Below, one piece after another: positions 8,323 through 18,458 of a stretch of DNA of 57,978 nt. The DNA comes from Candidatus Micrarchaeota archaeon (GTDB lineage: Archaea > Micrarchaeota > Micrarchaeia > Burarchaeales > Fermentimicrarchaeaceae), in contig JACCLF010000036.1 in the NCBI GenBank assembly GCA_013425405.1, positions 1-57,978 on the forward strand, read 5' to 3'. A program made the translations under genes and the position numbers. Each line of letters begins with the position of its first letter. Position 1 is the first letter of the stretch. The notes under the pieces are model-generated. The model searched no databases, was not told where the DNA came from, and saw only the letters and a program-made list of their open reading frames with translations.

Positions 8323-9839
8323 GAAAAGAAGCTTTGTTTGCAGTGTTGCTTGCACTGGTTGCGGTTGTATCGGCAGATGTGCAGATAAATTCATACTCCG
8401 TTCTGCCGAGCACGCTCAAACCCGGAGTAACGGGCTCTGTGTCCATAACTATATCCAACCCGAGCACATCAACACTAATAGGTGCGGTGATATACCAGGG
8501 AGGAGAGCAGTTCACTTTCACGTCAAACAGAATACAGCTTGGTGATATAGGCTCCCTGGGCTCTACGGTAATCACAGTTCCATTTACCATAAAGGACGAC
8601 GTGGTTCCGGGTATCTACAACCTGAGGCTGAACGCTTTCTGGACCGAGGGCAGCAATACTTATACGAAGACATTCTCAATACCCATAAGCGTAACAAACC
8701 CGCCAATATTCAACTTCTCTTTCACCCCAATAAAACAGATAACCCCTGGCGGCAGTTTCATTGTTGATGCCCAGCTTAGAAATGAGGGAGGAAGTATCTC
8801 CAAGATATCTCTGACTGTCAACTCCACCTCCTTCTTCTTCGACGGAGTGTCCCAGCTCAACCTAGGAGATTTGGCAAGCGGGCAAAATATCTCTTTCCAA
8901 CTTCCCATTGTGTCAAGCGCTTTGCTCCAATCAGGAGTGCAGTCCATCCCCCTGGCGGTGACCTACCAGGATCCGCTTGGTTCAATGCAGCAGGCGGCGA
9001 TAACGATAACTCCTGTGCAGGTGGTTAAAAATTCTGTAGATTTTATAGTCGACGCGCAGGCAGAGAAAAAGCCTGTGTCACCTGGAGACAAGACCAAATT
9101 CTTCATTAACATAACCAATATAGGAAACAGCAATGCCCAATCCGCAAAAATAAGCGTCTCTTCAGCTTCGTCCTCTTTCACCTCCCTAGGCACTTCTGAA
9201 AGATATTTTGATACAATCCATCCCGACTCCAAAGAGCGCATGGAGTTCGAAATTGGGGTTGGCGGGACCACACCGGCAGGCTACTACCCGGTAACAATAA
9301 CAATAAACTACCTCAACATAAACGGTGAGACGCAGACTCCAATCCAGAAGCAGGTCGGTATAGAAGTCGGGGACGTGCCGCAGATAAACATAACGCCAAG
9401 CACCAATCCGGCACCTCTTTCAGCAGGAGGTACCTACGCCATTTCACTTCAGTTCTCAAACACGGGGAACATAAACATCAGGGCGCTGAGCGTGCGCGTA
9501 ACAAGCAATGATTTTGATATATTAAGTTCTCCTGATAACTACATAGGCACCCTTAAGTTAGATGACTACAGCACAGTGCAATACACTCTGTATGCAAAGA
9601 GCGGCCTGAAACCTGGTTTGTACCCAGTCCATATCGTGATGCTTTTCAGGGACGCGTACAACTCAGAGCACCACGTTGCGCAGGATGTAATACTTGAGGT
9701 TGTTTCTCCAGAAGTTGCAGCGCTTATCCAAAAGCCGACAGGCATGAGCCTCACCTTAATATTCATAATACTGGTTGTGATAGGCGTCATTCTCTATGTG
9801 GCGTACACAAGATACTTCAAGAAGAAGAAGGTGAAGTAG
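8319..9839 (+). CDS. surface protein with repeated beta-sandwich (CARDB/COG1361-like) segments and a C-terminal TM anchor
   Basis: Signal peptide, repeated Ig-like segments, C-terminal TM helix plus KKKKVK tail. GTG start overlaps the ATPase TGA. This is the position of the COG1361-type partner seen in archaeal MacB-like operons. Confidence 0.65.
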   Translation: MRKEALFAVLLALVAVVSADVQINSYSVLPSTLKPGVTGSVSITISNPSTSTLIGAVIYQGGEQFTFTSNRIQLGDIGSLGSTVITVPFTIKDDVVPGIYNLRLNAFWTEGSNTYTKTFSIPISVTNPPIFNFSFTPIKQITPGGSFIVDAQLRNEGGSISKISLTVNSTSFFFDGVSQLNLGDLASGQNISFQLPIVSSALLQSGVQSIPLAVTYQDPLGSMQQAAITITPVQVVKNSVDFIVDAQAEKKPVSPGDKTKFFINITNIGNSNAQSAKISVSSASSSFTSLGTSERYFDTIHPDSKERMEFEIGVGGTTPAGYYPVTITINYLNINGETQTPIQKQVGIEVGDVPQINITPSTNPAPLSAGGTYAISLQFSNTGNINIRALSVRVTSNDFDILSSPDNYIGTLKLDDYSTVQYTLYAKSGLKPGLYPVHIVMLFRDAYNSEHHVAQDVILEVVSPEVAALIQKPTGMSLTLIFIILVVIGVILYVAYTRYFKKKKVK

Positions 9840-11044
9840 TGTATCATCTGGACCTGCTGAACTACGCAGTGAACAACCTCTTCAACAGGAAGCTGAGAAG
9901 TTACCTCACAATACTGGGCATAGTGATAGGTATAGCAGCAATAGTGGTGCTGATATCCATCGCGCAGGGGGTCAACGACTTCATAATGAACCAGCTCGGG
10001 GCGCTCGGCGGGAACTGGATAAGCATAAATCCCGGAAGCCCTAAGCAGTCAATGATGGGTTCAGTGATGTCGGCTGTCTCGGCAACACTTAGCACAAACG
10101 ATGCCAATGCCTTAAAGGCAATTCCCGGAGTTCAGAAGGTTTACCCGATGCTCCAGGATAGATCAGTAATACAGTTCAAAAATGAGACTGGCAGAGTCAT
10201 AATTGTCGGAGTAGATTCCGAGGCTTTGAAAGACGTTTCATACTATGAAGTTGACAAAGGCAGGTTATACAAGAGTGGGGAGAGACGCATAGTGGTGATA
10301 GGTGATTCAATAGCCAACGGTGTGTTCAAGACCAACATCACCGTCAATCAAGTCATACAGATAAAGGGAGCAAGCTTTAGGGTTATTGGGATATTCAAGA
10401 AAGGGGGAGGATTGGCAGCAGCTACGGGTGGTATGATGGTTATGCCATTAGAGGACGCCAAATTTATATTCGGGGATCAGAAGCTCCCCAATCAGGCTGA
10501 TGAAATCCTTGTTGAGACTGCAAATGGGTACGACCCTGAGGTAATTGGCAGCCAGGTAAGCACAAAACTCCGGCAGTTGCATCATGTGAAGGAAGGTGAA
10601 GAGGATTTCACAGTGCAAACTCCAGCATCCATCGCGCAGACCGTAAACACCATAACAGGAACACTGGCACTCTTCCTTGCGGGCATATCCGGCATAGCCC
10701 TCATAGTGGGGGGGATAGGCATTGCCAACACAATGTTCATGTCCGTGATGGAGAGGACGAAGGAGATAGGCATCCTGAAGGCAATAGGGGCGACAGAAAA
10801 TGTGGTTTTGGAGATGTTCCTTTTAGAAGCAGGCATCATAGGCCTTGTGGGAGGAGCTCTGGGGCTTGTGCTTGCAGCCGTTGCAACCCTTGTGCTCAAC
10901 TACTTTGGTGTGCCCACAGACATATCGCCTGAACTCGCAACATTTGGGCTTTTATTCTCCATGGTGGTTGGAGTAATCGCAGGCTTCTTCCCAGCGAGAA
11001 GAGCGGCAAGGTTACTGCCTGTTGAAGCTCTAAGGTATGAGTAG
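9839..11044 (+). CDS. ABC transporter permease, FtsX/MacB family
   Basis: N-terminal TM, large extracytoplasmic domain, C-terminal FtsX-type 3-TM bundle (ERTKEIGILKAIGAT). GTG start overlaps the upstream TAG by 1 nt. Confidence 0.9.
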   Translation: MYHLDLLNYAVNNLFNRKLRSYLTILGIVIGIAAIVVLISIAQGVNDFIMNQLGALGGNWISINPGSPKQSMMGSVMSAVSATLSTNDANALKAIPGVQKVYPMLQDRSVIQFKNETGRVIIVGVDSEALKDVSYYEVDKGRLYKSGERRIVVIGDSIANGVFKTNITVNQVIQIKGASFRVIGIFKKGGGLAAATGGMMVMPLEDAKFIFGDQKLPNQADEILVETANGYDPEVIGSQVSTKLRQLHHVKEGEEDFTVQTPASIAQTVNTITGTLALFLAGISGIALIVGGIGIANTMFMSVMERTKEIGILKAIGATENVVLEMFLLEAGIIGLVGGALGLVLAAVATLVLNYFGVPTDISPELATFGLLFSMVVGVIAGFFPARRAARLLPVEALRYE

Positions 11045-11047
11045 ATT

Positions 11048-11974
11048 TCAAGTGTAGCTTACTCTTACCCCGCCAGCGTTATTAAAGCTAAGAAGACTTC
11101 TCAAGGTGTAAGCAATTCCCTGCCCTATGCCGGAAAGTAATCCATCAAATGGGTTTGCGCTTCCCATATCGCATACTGCCGGCTCCTTCTTGAATGACAT
11201 ATTTGCAAGGGTTGCTGCTTCCACCAGCGCAGTCCTCTTGTTGCCAATCTGGTCGACAAGCCCCACCTCCTTCGCCTGCCTCCCAGTCAGAACTCTTGCA
11301 TCAAGAATCTCATTGAACTTCTGCTGGTTCAGCTTGCCTCTCCTCCCCTCCTCGACAACACTCTTGAACTCACTAAAAATCTCGTTTATAATGGCCTGCA
11401 TAATCTGCTTCTCCTTCTCAGTAGGAGGCCTTGTGCTTGTTCCTATATCCTTGAGCTCTCCGGATTTGAATATAGTGTAGTTCAGGCCAATCTTGTTAAA
11501 CAGCCCGCTCATGTCCTCGAATGTTGCAACAACCCCTATGCTGCCAGTCAGGGCGTCTGGCTCGGAAACTATGTAATCCGCAGGCGCCGATATGTAATAG
11601 CCCCCGGATGCCGCAACCTCCCTGAAATATGCAACCTTGGGCTTCTTCATTTCTTTCACAGCGTCATGTATCTCCTTGCTCGCAACAACAGAGCCGCCTG
11701 GCGAGTTGACTTCAAGAACCACTGCCTTGACGTCATCCCTGCTCTCAGCATCGTTTATCTGCCTTACAATTTCATCAGAGCCAACTGTGGGAGAGCCAAA
11801 AAGCCCTCCGCTGGAGCTTACAGTGCTTATCTCACCGTCTACCTTAATCACACCAACGCATTCCCTGGGAGCTGCAAGGTAGTAAACTGCGTATAACGCA
11901 ATTGCAGTTCCAATGACCATCAAAGCTCCCATAGCTACGAGCAGGACTGTTATGATGAGCTTGTCCGTCTTCAT
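11048..11974 (-). CDS. sppA: signal peptide peptidase SppA (S49 family, 36K type)
   Basis: N-terminal TM, VVLEVNSPGGSVVASKEI and AASGGYYISAPADYI motifs. Confidence 0.88.
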   Translation of the reverse strand: MKTDKLIITVLLVAMGALMVIGTAIALYAVYYLAAPRECVGVIKVDGEISTVSSSGGLFGSPTVGSDEIVRQINDAESRDDVKAVVLEVNSPGGSVVASKEIHDAVKEMKKPKVAYFREVAASGGYYISAPADYIVSEPDALTGSIGVVATFEDMSGLFNKIGLNYTIFKSGELKDIGTSTRPPTEKEKQIMQAIINEIFSEFKSVVEEGRRGKLNQQKFNEILDARVLTGRQAKEVGLVDQIGNKRTALVEAATLANMSFKKEPAVCDMGSANPFDGLLSGIGQGIAYTLRSLLSFNNAGGVRVSYT

Positions 11975-12019
11975 ACACTAATAAATACTTTTCTACCCTT
12001 ATAAATATTGTGGTATAAG

Positions 12020-12544
12020 ATGAACATTGCCCAGGTGCTACTTTTCATACTCCCAGCCTACATCGCCAATGCCACGCCTGTCATTTTTGGCGGCGGAATG
12101 CCTGTAGACTTCAGGAAAAAATTCACAGACAAGGAGAGAGTACTCGGAGATGGAAAAACCTGGAGGGGCCTGCTTGCCGGGATATGCTTCGGAAGCCTGA
12201 CAGGGTTTGTTGAATCCCAGCTATGCTCCACTGCCGTGCTTTCCCTTTCGGTATGCCTGACCGATTTTCTGCCCATCGGAATTGTGCTCTCTCTTGGAAC
12301 CATGCTTGGAGATTTGGCTGGCAGCTTCGTGAAAAGGAGAATGAGGATAAAGAGAGGGCAGCCATCTCTAATTCTTGACCAGCTCTCCTTCCTGTTTTTT
12401 GCACTGCTTCTCTCAATACCATATGTGCCTTCCGGATTCTTAGCTCTGAATTCGCTGGTTTTCCTCGTTGTGCTTACCTACCTGCTTCACGTAGCAACCA
12501 ACATTCTAGCAAATAGGCTGGGCCTTAAGAAAGTTCCATGGTGA
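12020..12544 (+). CDS. carS: CDP-archaeol synthase
   Basis: Track ORF trimmed to MNIAQV. YIANATPVIFGGG..DGKTWRGL..GDLAGSFVKRR pattern of the CarS/DUF46 family. Confidence 0.8.
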   Translation: MNIAQVLLFILPAYIANATPVIFGGGMPVDFRKKFTDKERVLGDGKTWRGLLAGICFGSLTGFVESQLCSTAVLSLSVCLTDFLPIGIVLSLGTMLGDLAGSFVKRRMRIKRGQPSLILDQLSFLFFALLLSIPYVPSGFLALNSLVFLVVLTYLLHVATNILANRLGLKKVPW

Positions 12545-12548
12545 GCAG

Positions 12549-14330
12549 CTAGCTGTTGCATCCGAAGCAACCATCGCAGTCGTTTCCATTACTCGATACC
12601 GTGTTTGACTTAAAGACAGGGTTGGAGCTGTAGCAGTAAAACCCATACTGCGTATGGCCGCTCACGGCATTCCCAGTAAATATGTCATTCGAACCTTCTA
12701 AATACACGCCGCTGTCGCCGTTATTCCTAATCGAATTGCCTTCGAATTCATTTGAATCTGATGAGATCGAGCGGGCACCAGAAGCACCGTTTGAAGCGAT
12801 GTCGTTGTTCAAAATACGGTTGGATGTCGAATTGTAGATGTCTATTCCATACATGCCGTTCTGCTGGATTATATTTTGAGATATGAGATTGGCCGATGAG
12901 GAGCTTATAGTTATGCTGATGTTATTCTGGTTTATTGTGTTACTCGTTGCATTGTTCCTGTATGCAAGGTGGAGCCATATCCCCTGTGAATTCCCTCTGA
13001 GCTCATTCTGAGTTAGAGAATTCATATGCGAGGAGTACAGCCATATGCCGTAGCTGCTGTTCAGCACTGTATTCAAGCGCAAATTGTTTGATGTGGAATT
13101 TATTAGGCTGATGCCCATGCTGTTTTCTTTCAGGCGGTTTTCCGAGAAGATATTATTCTGCGAGTTCTGCAGCAGAACACTCTGCACATTCTGCTCCATG
13201 CTGTTTCTTTCCACATCGTTTAAACTCGAGTATAGCATTTTGACCGCATTCTTGTTATACTCAAGAGAGTTGTCCACAATGCTGTTCTGGTCTGAAGAAT
13301 TCAGCTTAATTCCGTCCTGGCATCCGGATATGTTGTTTTTGCTTATGGTGTTATTGCCTGATGAAACCAATGACAGACAGAAAATTGAATTGTAGCTGAA
13401 GTTGCCCGAATCTATGCTGTTGTTGGATGAGGATTGCAAAAAGATGCCCTCATCGTTGTCTGCAACTGTCTCGCCGCTCAGAGAATTTAGGCTTGAGTAA
13501 TTCAGGTATATCCCTCTGTGGTTGTTCGAATTCAGGTTATTCCTAAGCATGTTATCCGAAGAGCCTGAGATGAGCACGCCGCTTTCGTGGTTATCGCGTA
13601 TCTTATTCCCGTTTATCTGCGTGCCCGCTGAGCCTGGGGAGAGGTACACCCCAATGCTGTTGTCCTTAATAATATTATTCTCAATGAGCAGATTATGCGT
13701 GAGATTGCCCACATAAATCCCGTAGGCGCTTTCTGATATGACATTGTTCCTTAACTTCGCATCATCCGCATCTATCATCAATCCATAGAGGTTTCCCTTG
13801 ATAATGCTACCCTCAATAACAGAATTTTGGGCCTCTATGTGAGGGCCCTTTGTGCTCTCATACAGCCTTGAGCCTACGCCCTGCAGCTCTGAGTTTCTCA
13901 TCTCAAATTTTGCGTCCTTGTGCACGAAGAAAATGAAATTAGTCGAGTTATCCCCGTTCTCTATTATGCTCATGTCGCCAATGGTGACAGGATTGTTATC
14001 GTTGTCAAGCACCTTCAGCTCGCCGCCTGGGAAAACCTCCATTGTCCTGTCGCTGTAAGTTTTGCCTTTCATTACAATTGTAACATTCCTTAGGGTGAGC
14101 GAGCCGCCGTTCAGAACCATGAGGCTGCCGTCCATCTCTATTGTCCTGTTCGCGCATATTGTGTAGTAGGTTATATTCCACCCGTCGGTCTCCGGAGAGC
14201 AGGCCTGGTACTTATCCGTAAACTGTGAAAAAAAACCAAAATAGTACAGAACAGCCAGCATCACAAAAACTAACCACAGCACCCATGCGTAGGTATGTAT
14301 CAATTCAGCTGAGATGGGCTTCTTTGCCAT
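12549..14330 (-). CDS. membrane-anchored right-handed parallel beta-helix (PbH1/NosD-like) repeat protein
   Basis: N-terminal TM, then more than 15 degenerate ~22-aa N/S/I-rich repeats (NNxISxNxxGIxL). Many N-x-S/T sequons. Cys-rich C terminus CDGCFGCNS. Confidence 0.7.
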   Translation of the reverse strand: MAKKPISAELIHTYAWVLWLVFVMLAVLYYFGFFSQFTDKYQACSPETDGWNITYYTICANRTIEMDGSLMVLNGGSLTLRNVTIVMKGKTYSDRTMEVFPGGELKVLDNDNNPVTIGDMSIIENGDNSTNFIFFVHKDAKFEMRNSELQGVGSRLYESTKGPHIEAQNSVIEGSIIKGNLYGLMIDADDAKLRNNVISESAYGIYVGNLTHNLLIENNIIKDNSIGVYLSPGSAGTQINGNKIRDNHESGVLISGSSDNMLRNNLNSNNHRGIYLNYSSLNSLSGETVADNDEGIFLQSSSNNSIDSGNFSYNSIFCLSLVSSGNNTISKNNISGCQDGIKLNSSDQNSIVDNSLEYNKNAVKMLYSSLNDVERNSMEQNVQSVLLQNSQNNIFSENRLKENSMGISLINSTSNNLRLNTVLNSSYGIWLYSSHMNSLTQNELRGNSQGIWLHLAYRNNATSNTINQNNISITISSSSANLISQNIIQQNGMYGIDIYNSTSNRILNNDIASNGASGARSISSDSNEFEGNSIRNNGDSGVYLEGSNDIFTGNAVSGHTQYGFYCYSSNPVFKSNTVSSNGNDCDGCFGCNS

Positions 14331-14394
14331 TCTACTTTCACCTAGCTATTTTGTGATACTACTTACCTCTAGTTAGTATTTAATACTTCCCCGC

Positions 14395-14688
14395 TTACTC
14401 GACCTTTGTTATCTTGCCGAATTTGCCTGCCGAGAGCTGCGGGTTGCCCCTGAACTCAGAGACCCAACCATTCTCTATCTTTATCTTGTCCCCAATTGCT
14501 ATTCTGCTTATATCGTCTCCCCAAAGAGAAAGAGTTATCTCCCCGCTGTCATCCTTTATTGTGGCGTTGGCCACTCTCGTCTTCTTCCCGAACCTTGTGA
14601 GCACATCTCTGGGTTCCTCTATAGCAGTGACTTCTGCAACTTCTAGGGTAGCATTACCTGTTCCTGGTTTGAGCTCTGAAATTTTCAT
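14395..14688 (-). CDS. single OB-fold nucleic-acid-binding (SSB/RPA-like) protein
   Basis: 97 aa. Pattern ...VANATIKDDSGEITLSLWGDDI...IENGWVSEFRGNPQL is typical of short archaeal OB-fold proteins. Confidence 0.6.
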   Translation of the reverse strand: MKISELKPGTGNATLEVAEVTAIEEPRDVLTRFGKKTRVANATIKDDSGEITLSLWGDDISRIAIGDKIKIENGWVSEFRGNPQLSAGKFGKITKVE

Positions 14689-14733
14689 CTCTTCACCTCT
14701 CCCTTGTTTATGGGACTTACTAATTTTTATACG

Positions 14734-15660
14734 TTACCGTTTTCTCAAAGCAGCAAGCATTAATGGAAGAATAACCGTTGCATCGCCGTCTATTGTGACC
14801 TGCTTCGCCTTCTCCTTCACCTTTCCCCAGGAGATTGCTTCCCTTAATCTTGCACCGCTCAAACTTCCATCATAGGCAGTTGCAGTAGTTATATACACCC
14901 CGTAATCCAGCCCTCCCTTGAACTGGTTCCACCAGATTGTGTGGTGCTTTGAGATGCCTCCTCCAATCATGAGAGCCCCTCTCCTCTTGCTGTCAAAAAC
15001 AATATCGCTGAGCTCCTTCTCATCCTTAATTAAATTGAGCTTGAACCTGTGGTCCTGGGAGAATATCACGAGGTTTGTCCCAAAAGCAGAGTCTAGCAAT
15101 CCCGGGCAGTATACCGGTATGTTGTGCTTCGCAGCCTGATACAGGATTGAATTCTCATCCTTCAATCTTCTTCCAAATTCGCAGGAAAGCTCACGGCTGC
15201 TCCACTCATCTTTCTTATTTGTAAGCTCCTTTAGGATGGGAAGCATCTTTTTCTCAAGCAGCATCCCATAGCTGGAGTTTGGAATGAGCACGTTCCCAAG
15301 CCTGTTCACCCCAATCCTGTGAAGCATCTCATCGTCAAGCTCAAAACTGCCTTCAAAGTAGCCGCCCCCCCACGCCCTTGCCAAATCATGGTCCAGAGTC
15401 CCGCCGGTTGTTATGACAACATCAAACTCCTTGACAAACTGCGCCAGAGCCCCTCTCAGGCCTGTTGCAACAATGCATGCCGGAAATGACAGGAAGTTGG
15501 TGCACTCCCTGTCGTCAAGCATCTCCTGCAGTATGTTCACTCCTTTTCCCAGATGGCGTGCCGTGAACCCCCCGGCATTGCGCATCTCATCCACAAGCTC
15601 GGCAACCCCCATGCCCTCGCTGAGCCTCATGTCCTTTACTCTTTTTTTAAGAAGTTTCAT
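14734..15660 (-). CDS. dys: deoxyhypusine synthase
   Basis: Track ORF trimmed to MKLLKK (ATG 15658-15660), because the upstream Met codons overlap the preceding gene. FLSFPACIVATGLRG..VVITTGGTLDHDL..GGGISKHH motifs. Confidence 0.88.
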   Translation of the reverse strand: MKLLKKRVKDMRLSEGMGVAELVDEMRNAGGFTARHLGKGVNILQEMLDDRECTNFLSFPACIVATGLRGALAQFVKEFDVVITTGGTLDHDLARAWGGGYFEGSFELDDEMLHRIGVNRLGNVLIPNSSYGMLLEKKMLPILKELTNKKDEWSSRELSCEFGRRLKDENSILYQAAKHNIPVYCPGLLDSAFGTNLVIFSQDHRFKLNLIKDEKELSDIVFDSKRRGALMIGGGISKHHTIWWNQFKGGLDYGVYITTATAYDGSLSGARLREAISWGKVKEKAKQVTIDGDATVILPLMLAALRKR

Positions 15661-15664
15661 AGAA

Positions 15665-17188
15665 TCACACATATTTTTCGAGTACAATTTTCTGCATCTC
15701 CACTGCCTCCAGCACATTAGAAATCTCAAGCGCCATGCTGAGCTTTGTCTCGCTCTCTGCAATTATGTCAAACAGCACATCCCCAACCTTCACTTTGTCT
15801 CCCTGTTTCACGTGCATGTATATTCCTGCACCCTTGCTCTTTGGCGCGCCGGCAGCCCTGGCAATTCTTGATATTATTCTGTTGTCGACGTGGTGTATCC
15901 TGCCCTCTTTCTCAGACTTCACCTCAGCCTTGTAATTGCCAATCGGTATGTCATCCACCTTCACCTTGGCGTTTCCTCCCTGTGCTCCTATTATCTCCCT
16001 CATCTTCTCCAGAGCTTTTCCGGATTTCAGTATATCACTGGCAACTGCGTAACCCTTGCCTTTCTCCACCTTTCCGCAAAGCTCCAGCAGCGCTCCTGCA
16101 AGCACCAGGGATTTCTCAGTGAGGTCTGCCGGGCCTTCCCCCTGCAGCACCCTCAGCACATCCCTTGCCTCCAGAGCAGGCCCTATGCCGTTGCCGATGG
16201 GCCCGTTTCCAACAGTTATGTAGCATTCAACCTTCATTTCGAGCCTATCCCCAATCTCAAGGAAATCCCTTGCCATCCCGTTTGCAACACGTGTGTCCTC
16301 TATTTTTGCTCCTCTCCCGACGGGTATATCTATCACAACATACTCGGCACCGACAGACTTCTTCTTGGCAAGTATGCTTGCCAGCAGCACTCCCTTGGGA
16401 TCTAACCTCATGGAATTCCTTATCCTTATCAGCTTGTCATCTGCCGCTGCAAGGTCCATGGCTCCCCCCCACACAACACAGCCATGTGTTTTGAGCACAA
16501 CATTCTTCATCTCATCAAGCTTGAAAGTGACGGGAGCAAGCACCTCCATTGTATCAGCTGTGCCGGCAGGAGACGTGATTGACCTTGCGGATGTTTTCGG
16601 TATGTACAAGCCGGCTGCGGCTATTATAGGAACTAAAATCATTGTAGTCCTGTTCCCTGCAACGCCCCCCGAGCAGTGCTTGTCCACAACCGGGTGCACC
16701 CCAATGTCCAGTATGCTCCCAGAACCGACAATTGCATTCGTCAAATAAACAGTCTCATCATTGCTCAAACCTCTTATATAAAGCGAAGTCACGAAAGAGG
16801 CAAGCTCGGTCTCGCTGAGCTTGTTTTCCATAATCTCATCTATGACTTTCTTTATCTCCTCATTCCCAAGGCTTCCCCCGTCCATTTTCTTCTTTATAAT
16901 CTCAATGGATGCTGGGTTGCTCGTGGTGCTCACCTCAATAATATCCCCTCTCTTGGCGCCTATCCCGCAGGAAGTGTCGGAGAAGAGCGCAATTTCCCCC
17001 CTCTTCACAAGAGTGTCGCTCACATCAACAATCGCAGTGCATTTCTTATCGCCGTTCTTCAGTGAAACCCTGTCCCCTATAATCATGTCCATATCATGTG
17101 CCTCATCCTCATTGAGCACAACTATGTTCTTCCCGGTCTCAATGTCAAACGTCTTGGCTTTCAGCGTATAGCTCCCTTTTTCAACCAT
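15665..17188 (-). CDS. deoA: AMP phosphorylase (archaeal thymidine-phosphorylase family, ~500 aa form)
   Basis: N-terminal extra domain (TFDIETGKNIVVLNEDEA) plus the pyrimidine-nucleoside phosphorylase core (DKHCSGGVAGNRTT). Confidence 0.88.
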   Translation of the reverse strand: MVEKGSYTLKAKTFDIETGKNIVVLNEDEAHDMDMIIGDRVSLKNGDKKCTAIVDVSDTLVKRGEIALFSDTSCGIGAKRGDIIEVSTTSNPASIEIIKKKMDGGSLGNEEIKKVIDEIMENKLSETELASFVTSLYIRGLSNDETVYLTNAIVGSGSILDIGVHPVVDKHCSGGVAGNRTTMILVPIIAAAGLYIPKTSARSITSPAGTADTMEVLAPVTFKLDEMKNVVLKTHGCVVWGGAMDLAAADDKLIRIRNSMRLDPKGVLLASILAKKKSVGAEYVVIDIPVGRGAKIEDTRVANGMARDFLEIGDRLEMKVECYITVGNGPIGNGIGPALEARDVLRVLQGEGPADLTEKSLVLAGALLELCGKVEKGKGYAVASDILKSGKALEKMREIIGAQGGNAKVKVDDIPIGNYKAEVKSEKEGRIHHVDNRIISRIARAAGAPKSKGAGIYMHVKQGDKVKVGDVLFDIIAESETKLSMALEISNVLEAVEMQKIVLEKYV

Positions 17189-17196
17189 AGCACCAC

Positions 17197-18135
17197 CTAA
17201 TACAGTTTTTCAATTCCTTCCCTCATGATGACATTCAGCAGGCTCTGGGGTGTTACCACCCCCATCTCGGTTATGTAAGCAGTAAGATACCTTGCAGGAG
17301 TGACATCAAACGCAGGGTTCCTTATCTCAACTCCCTTCAGCCTCTTGGGGTTTGCTATCTCCTCGGGGCTTCTCTCCTCTATTTTCTCAATTCCGCCCCA
17401 CAGGGTGATGGGGTCGAACTTGAATGTCTCCGCTGCAGAATACATATTCACTCCGTGCTCATGCGCTATCATGGCAATTCCGCACGTTCCAATCTTGTTT
17501 ATCAAATCCCCTTTTGAAGTTATTGCATCCGCCCCGACTAGAACTGAATCAACATCCTTCATGAAATGGCTTACCGCCGAATCAACAATGAGGGTGACCT
17601 TCACCCCTGCGCCGCTGAGCTGCCTTGCAGTGATGAGCCCCTGGAATTTTGGCCTTGTCTCCGTGCATATAACCTCTATTCCCTTGCTGAGCTCGTTTGC
17701 CCTTTCAAGGATTGATACAACCAAGCTGCTGTGGCAGTGCGTGAGTATGACAGAGCTGCCGGAAAGCTCCCTCCCCCCGTACTCGGCTATCCTCTCCCCA
17801 TCCTCTTTCTCCCTCTTGAAATATTCCAACTCCTCCATCTCAACAAGCTTCCTGAGCGCTGCAACGTCTCCCTTGCTCTTCCTCACATCTGCAAAAAGAG
17901 CTCTCAGAGCGTTCCTCAGCATTGGTTCTGTAGGCCTTGTGGAAGCCAGCTCGTCTGCTGCAACAAGCAGCTCATTCACCAGTTCCTCCCTGCTTTTTGC
18001 TTTTGATTTCCTGGCTATTATGCCCATGGCTGCCATTGCAGCCTTTGCAACATTTCTGGCTCCCTGTATCTTGAGCATCTTTATATTATTCCTTATCCTC
18101 TCAACATCTCTCTGCAAACTACCACCATTAACCAA
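17197..18135 (-). CDS. e2b2: ribose-1,5-bisphosphate isomerase (eIF-2B alpha/beta/delta-like, e2b2)
   Basis: IF-2B family pattern (VILTHCHSS, LVGADAITSKGDLINKIGT). Directly upstream of AMP phosphorylase with an 8-nt gap. Confidence 0.82.
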   Translation of the reverse strand: MVNGGSLQRDVERIRNNIKMLKIQGARNVAKAAMAAMGIIARKSKAKSREELVNELLVAADELASTRPTEPMLRNALRALFADVRKSKGDVAALRKLVEMEELEYFKREKEDGERIAEYGGRELSGSSVILTHCHSSLVVSILERANELSKGIEVICTETRPKFQGLITARQLSGAGVKVTLIVDSAVSHFMKDVDSVLVGADAITSKGDLINKIGTCGIAMIAHEHGVNMYSAAETFKFDPITLWGGIEKIEERSPEEIANPKRLKGVEIRNPAFDVTPARYLTAYITEMGVVTPQSLLNVIMREGIEKLY

Positions 18136-18161
18136 TAAATTATACGGGCGCTATTTAAAAA

Positions 18162-18377
18162 TTAGAGGGCTTTGCGCTTTCTCTCTTTCAAGAATTTTCT
18201 GTATGCCTTCTCATCATCAAAAACTATCGGCATGACCCTCCTCTTGCATCTCTCGCAGTAGTACATTCCGGCAAGTTCCGATGCCCCCGGAACTCCGCCC
18301 TCGCGCAGTGAGAAAGCCCTTATCCTCAGGCTTCCGCATCTGGAGCATGCCTTCAGCCTCCCTCTTTTGTCGCTCAT
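18162..18377 (-). CDS. small zinc-ribbon protein (71 aa)
   Basis: CSRCGS ... CERCKRR pair of CxxC knuckles. Confidence 0.5.
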   Translation of the reverse strand: MSDKRGRLKACSRCGSLRIRAFSLREGGVPGASELAGMYYCERCKRRVMPIVFDDEKAYRKFLKERKRKAL

Positions 18378-18458
18378 AAAAACACTTCCTTCGCCTTCGT
18401 TTACTTATATAAACTGGTATATTCTTAAGCTTCAAATTCAAAAAATATTGAGGATGCA

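Noticed and set aside
15661-15762. Longer dys ORF starting at 15762 or 15672
   Set aside because: It would overlap the 3' end of the AMP phosphorylase gene. The extension encodes an Arg/Trp/Cys-rich peptide unlike DHS N termini, so the ATG at 15660 is preferred.
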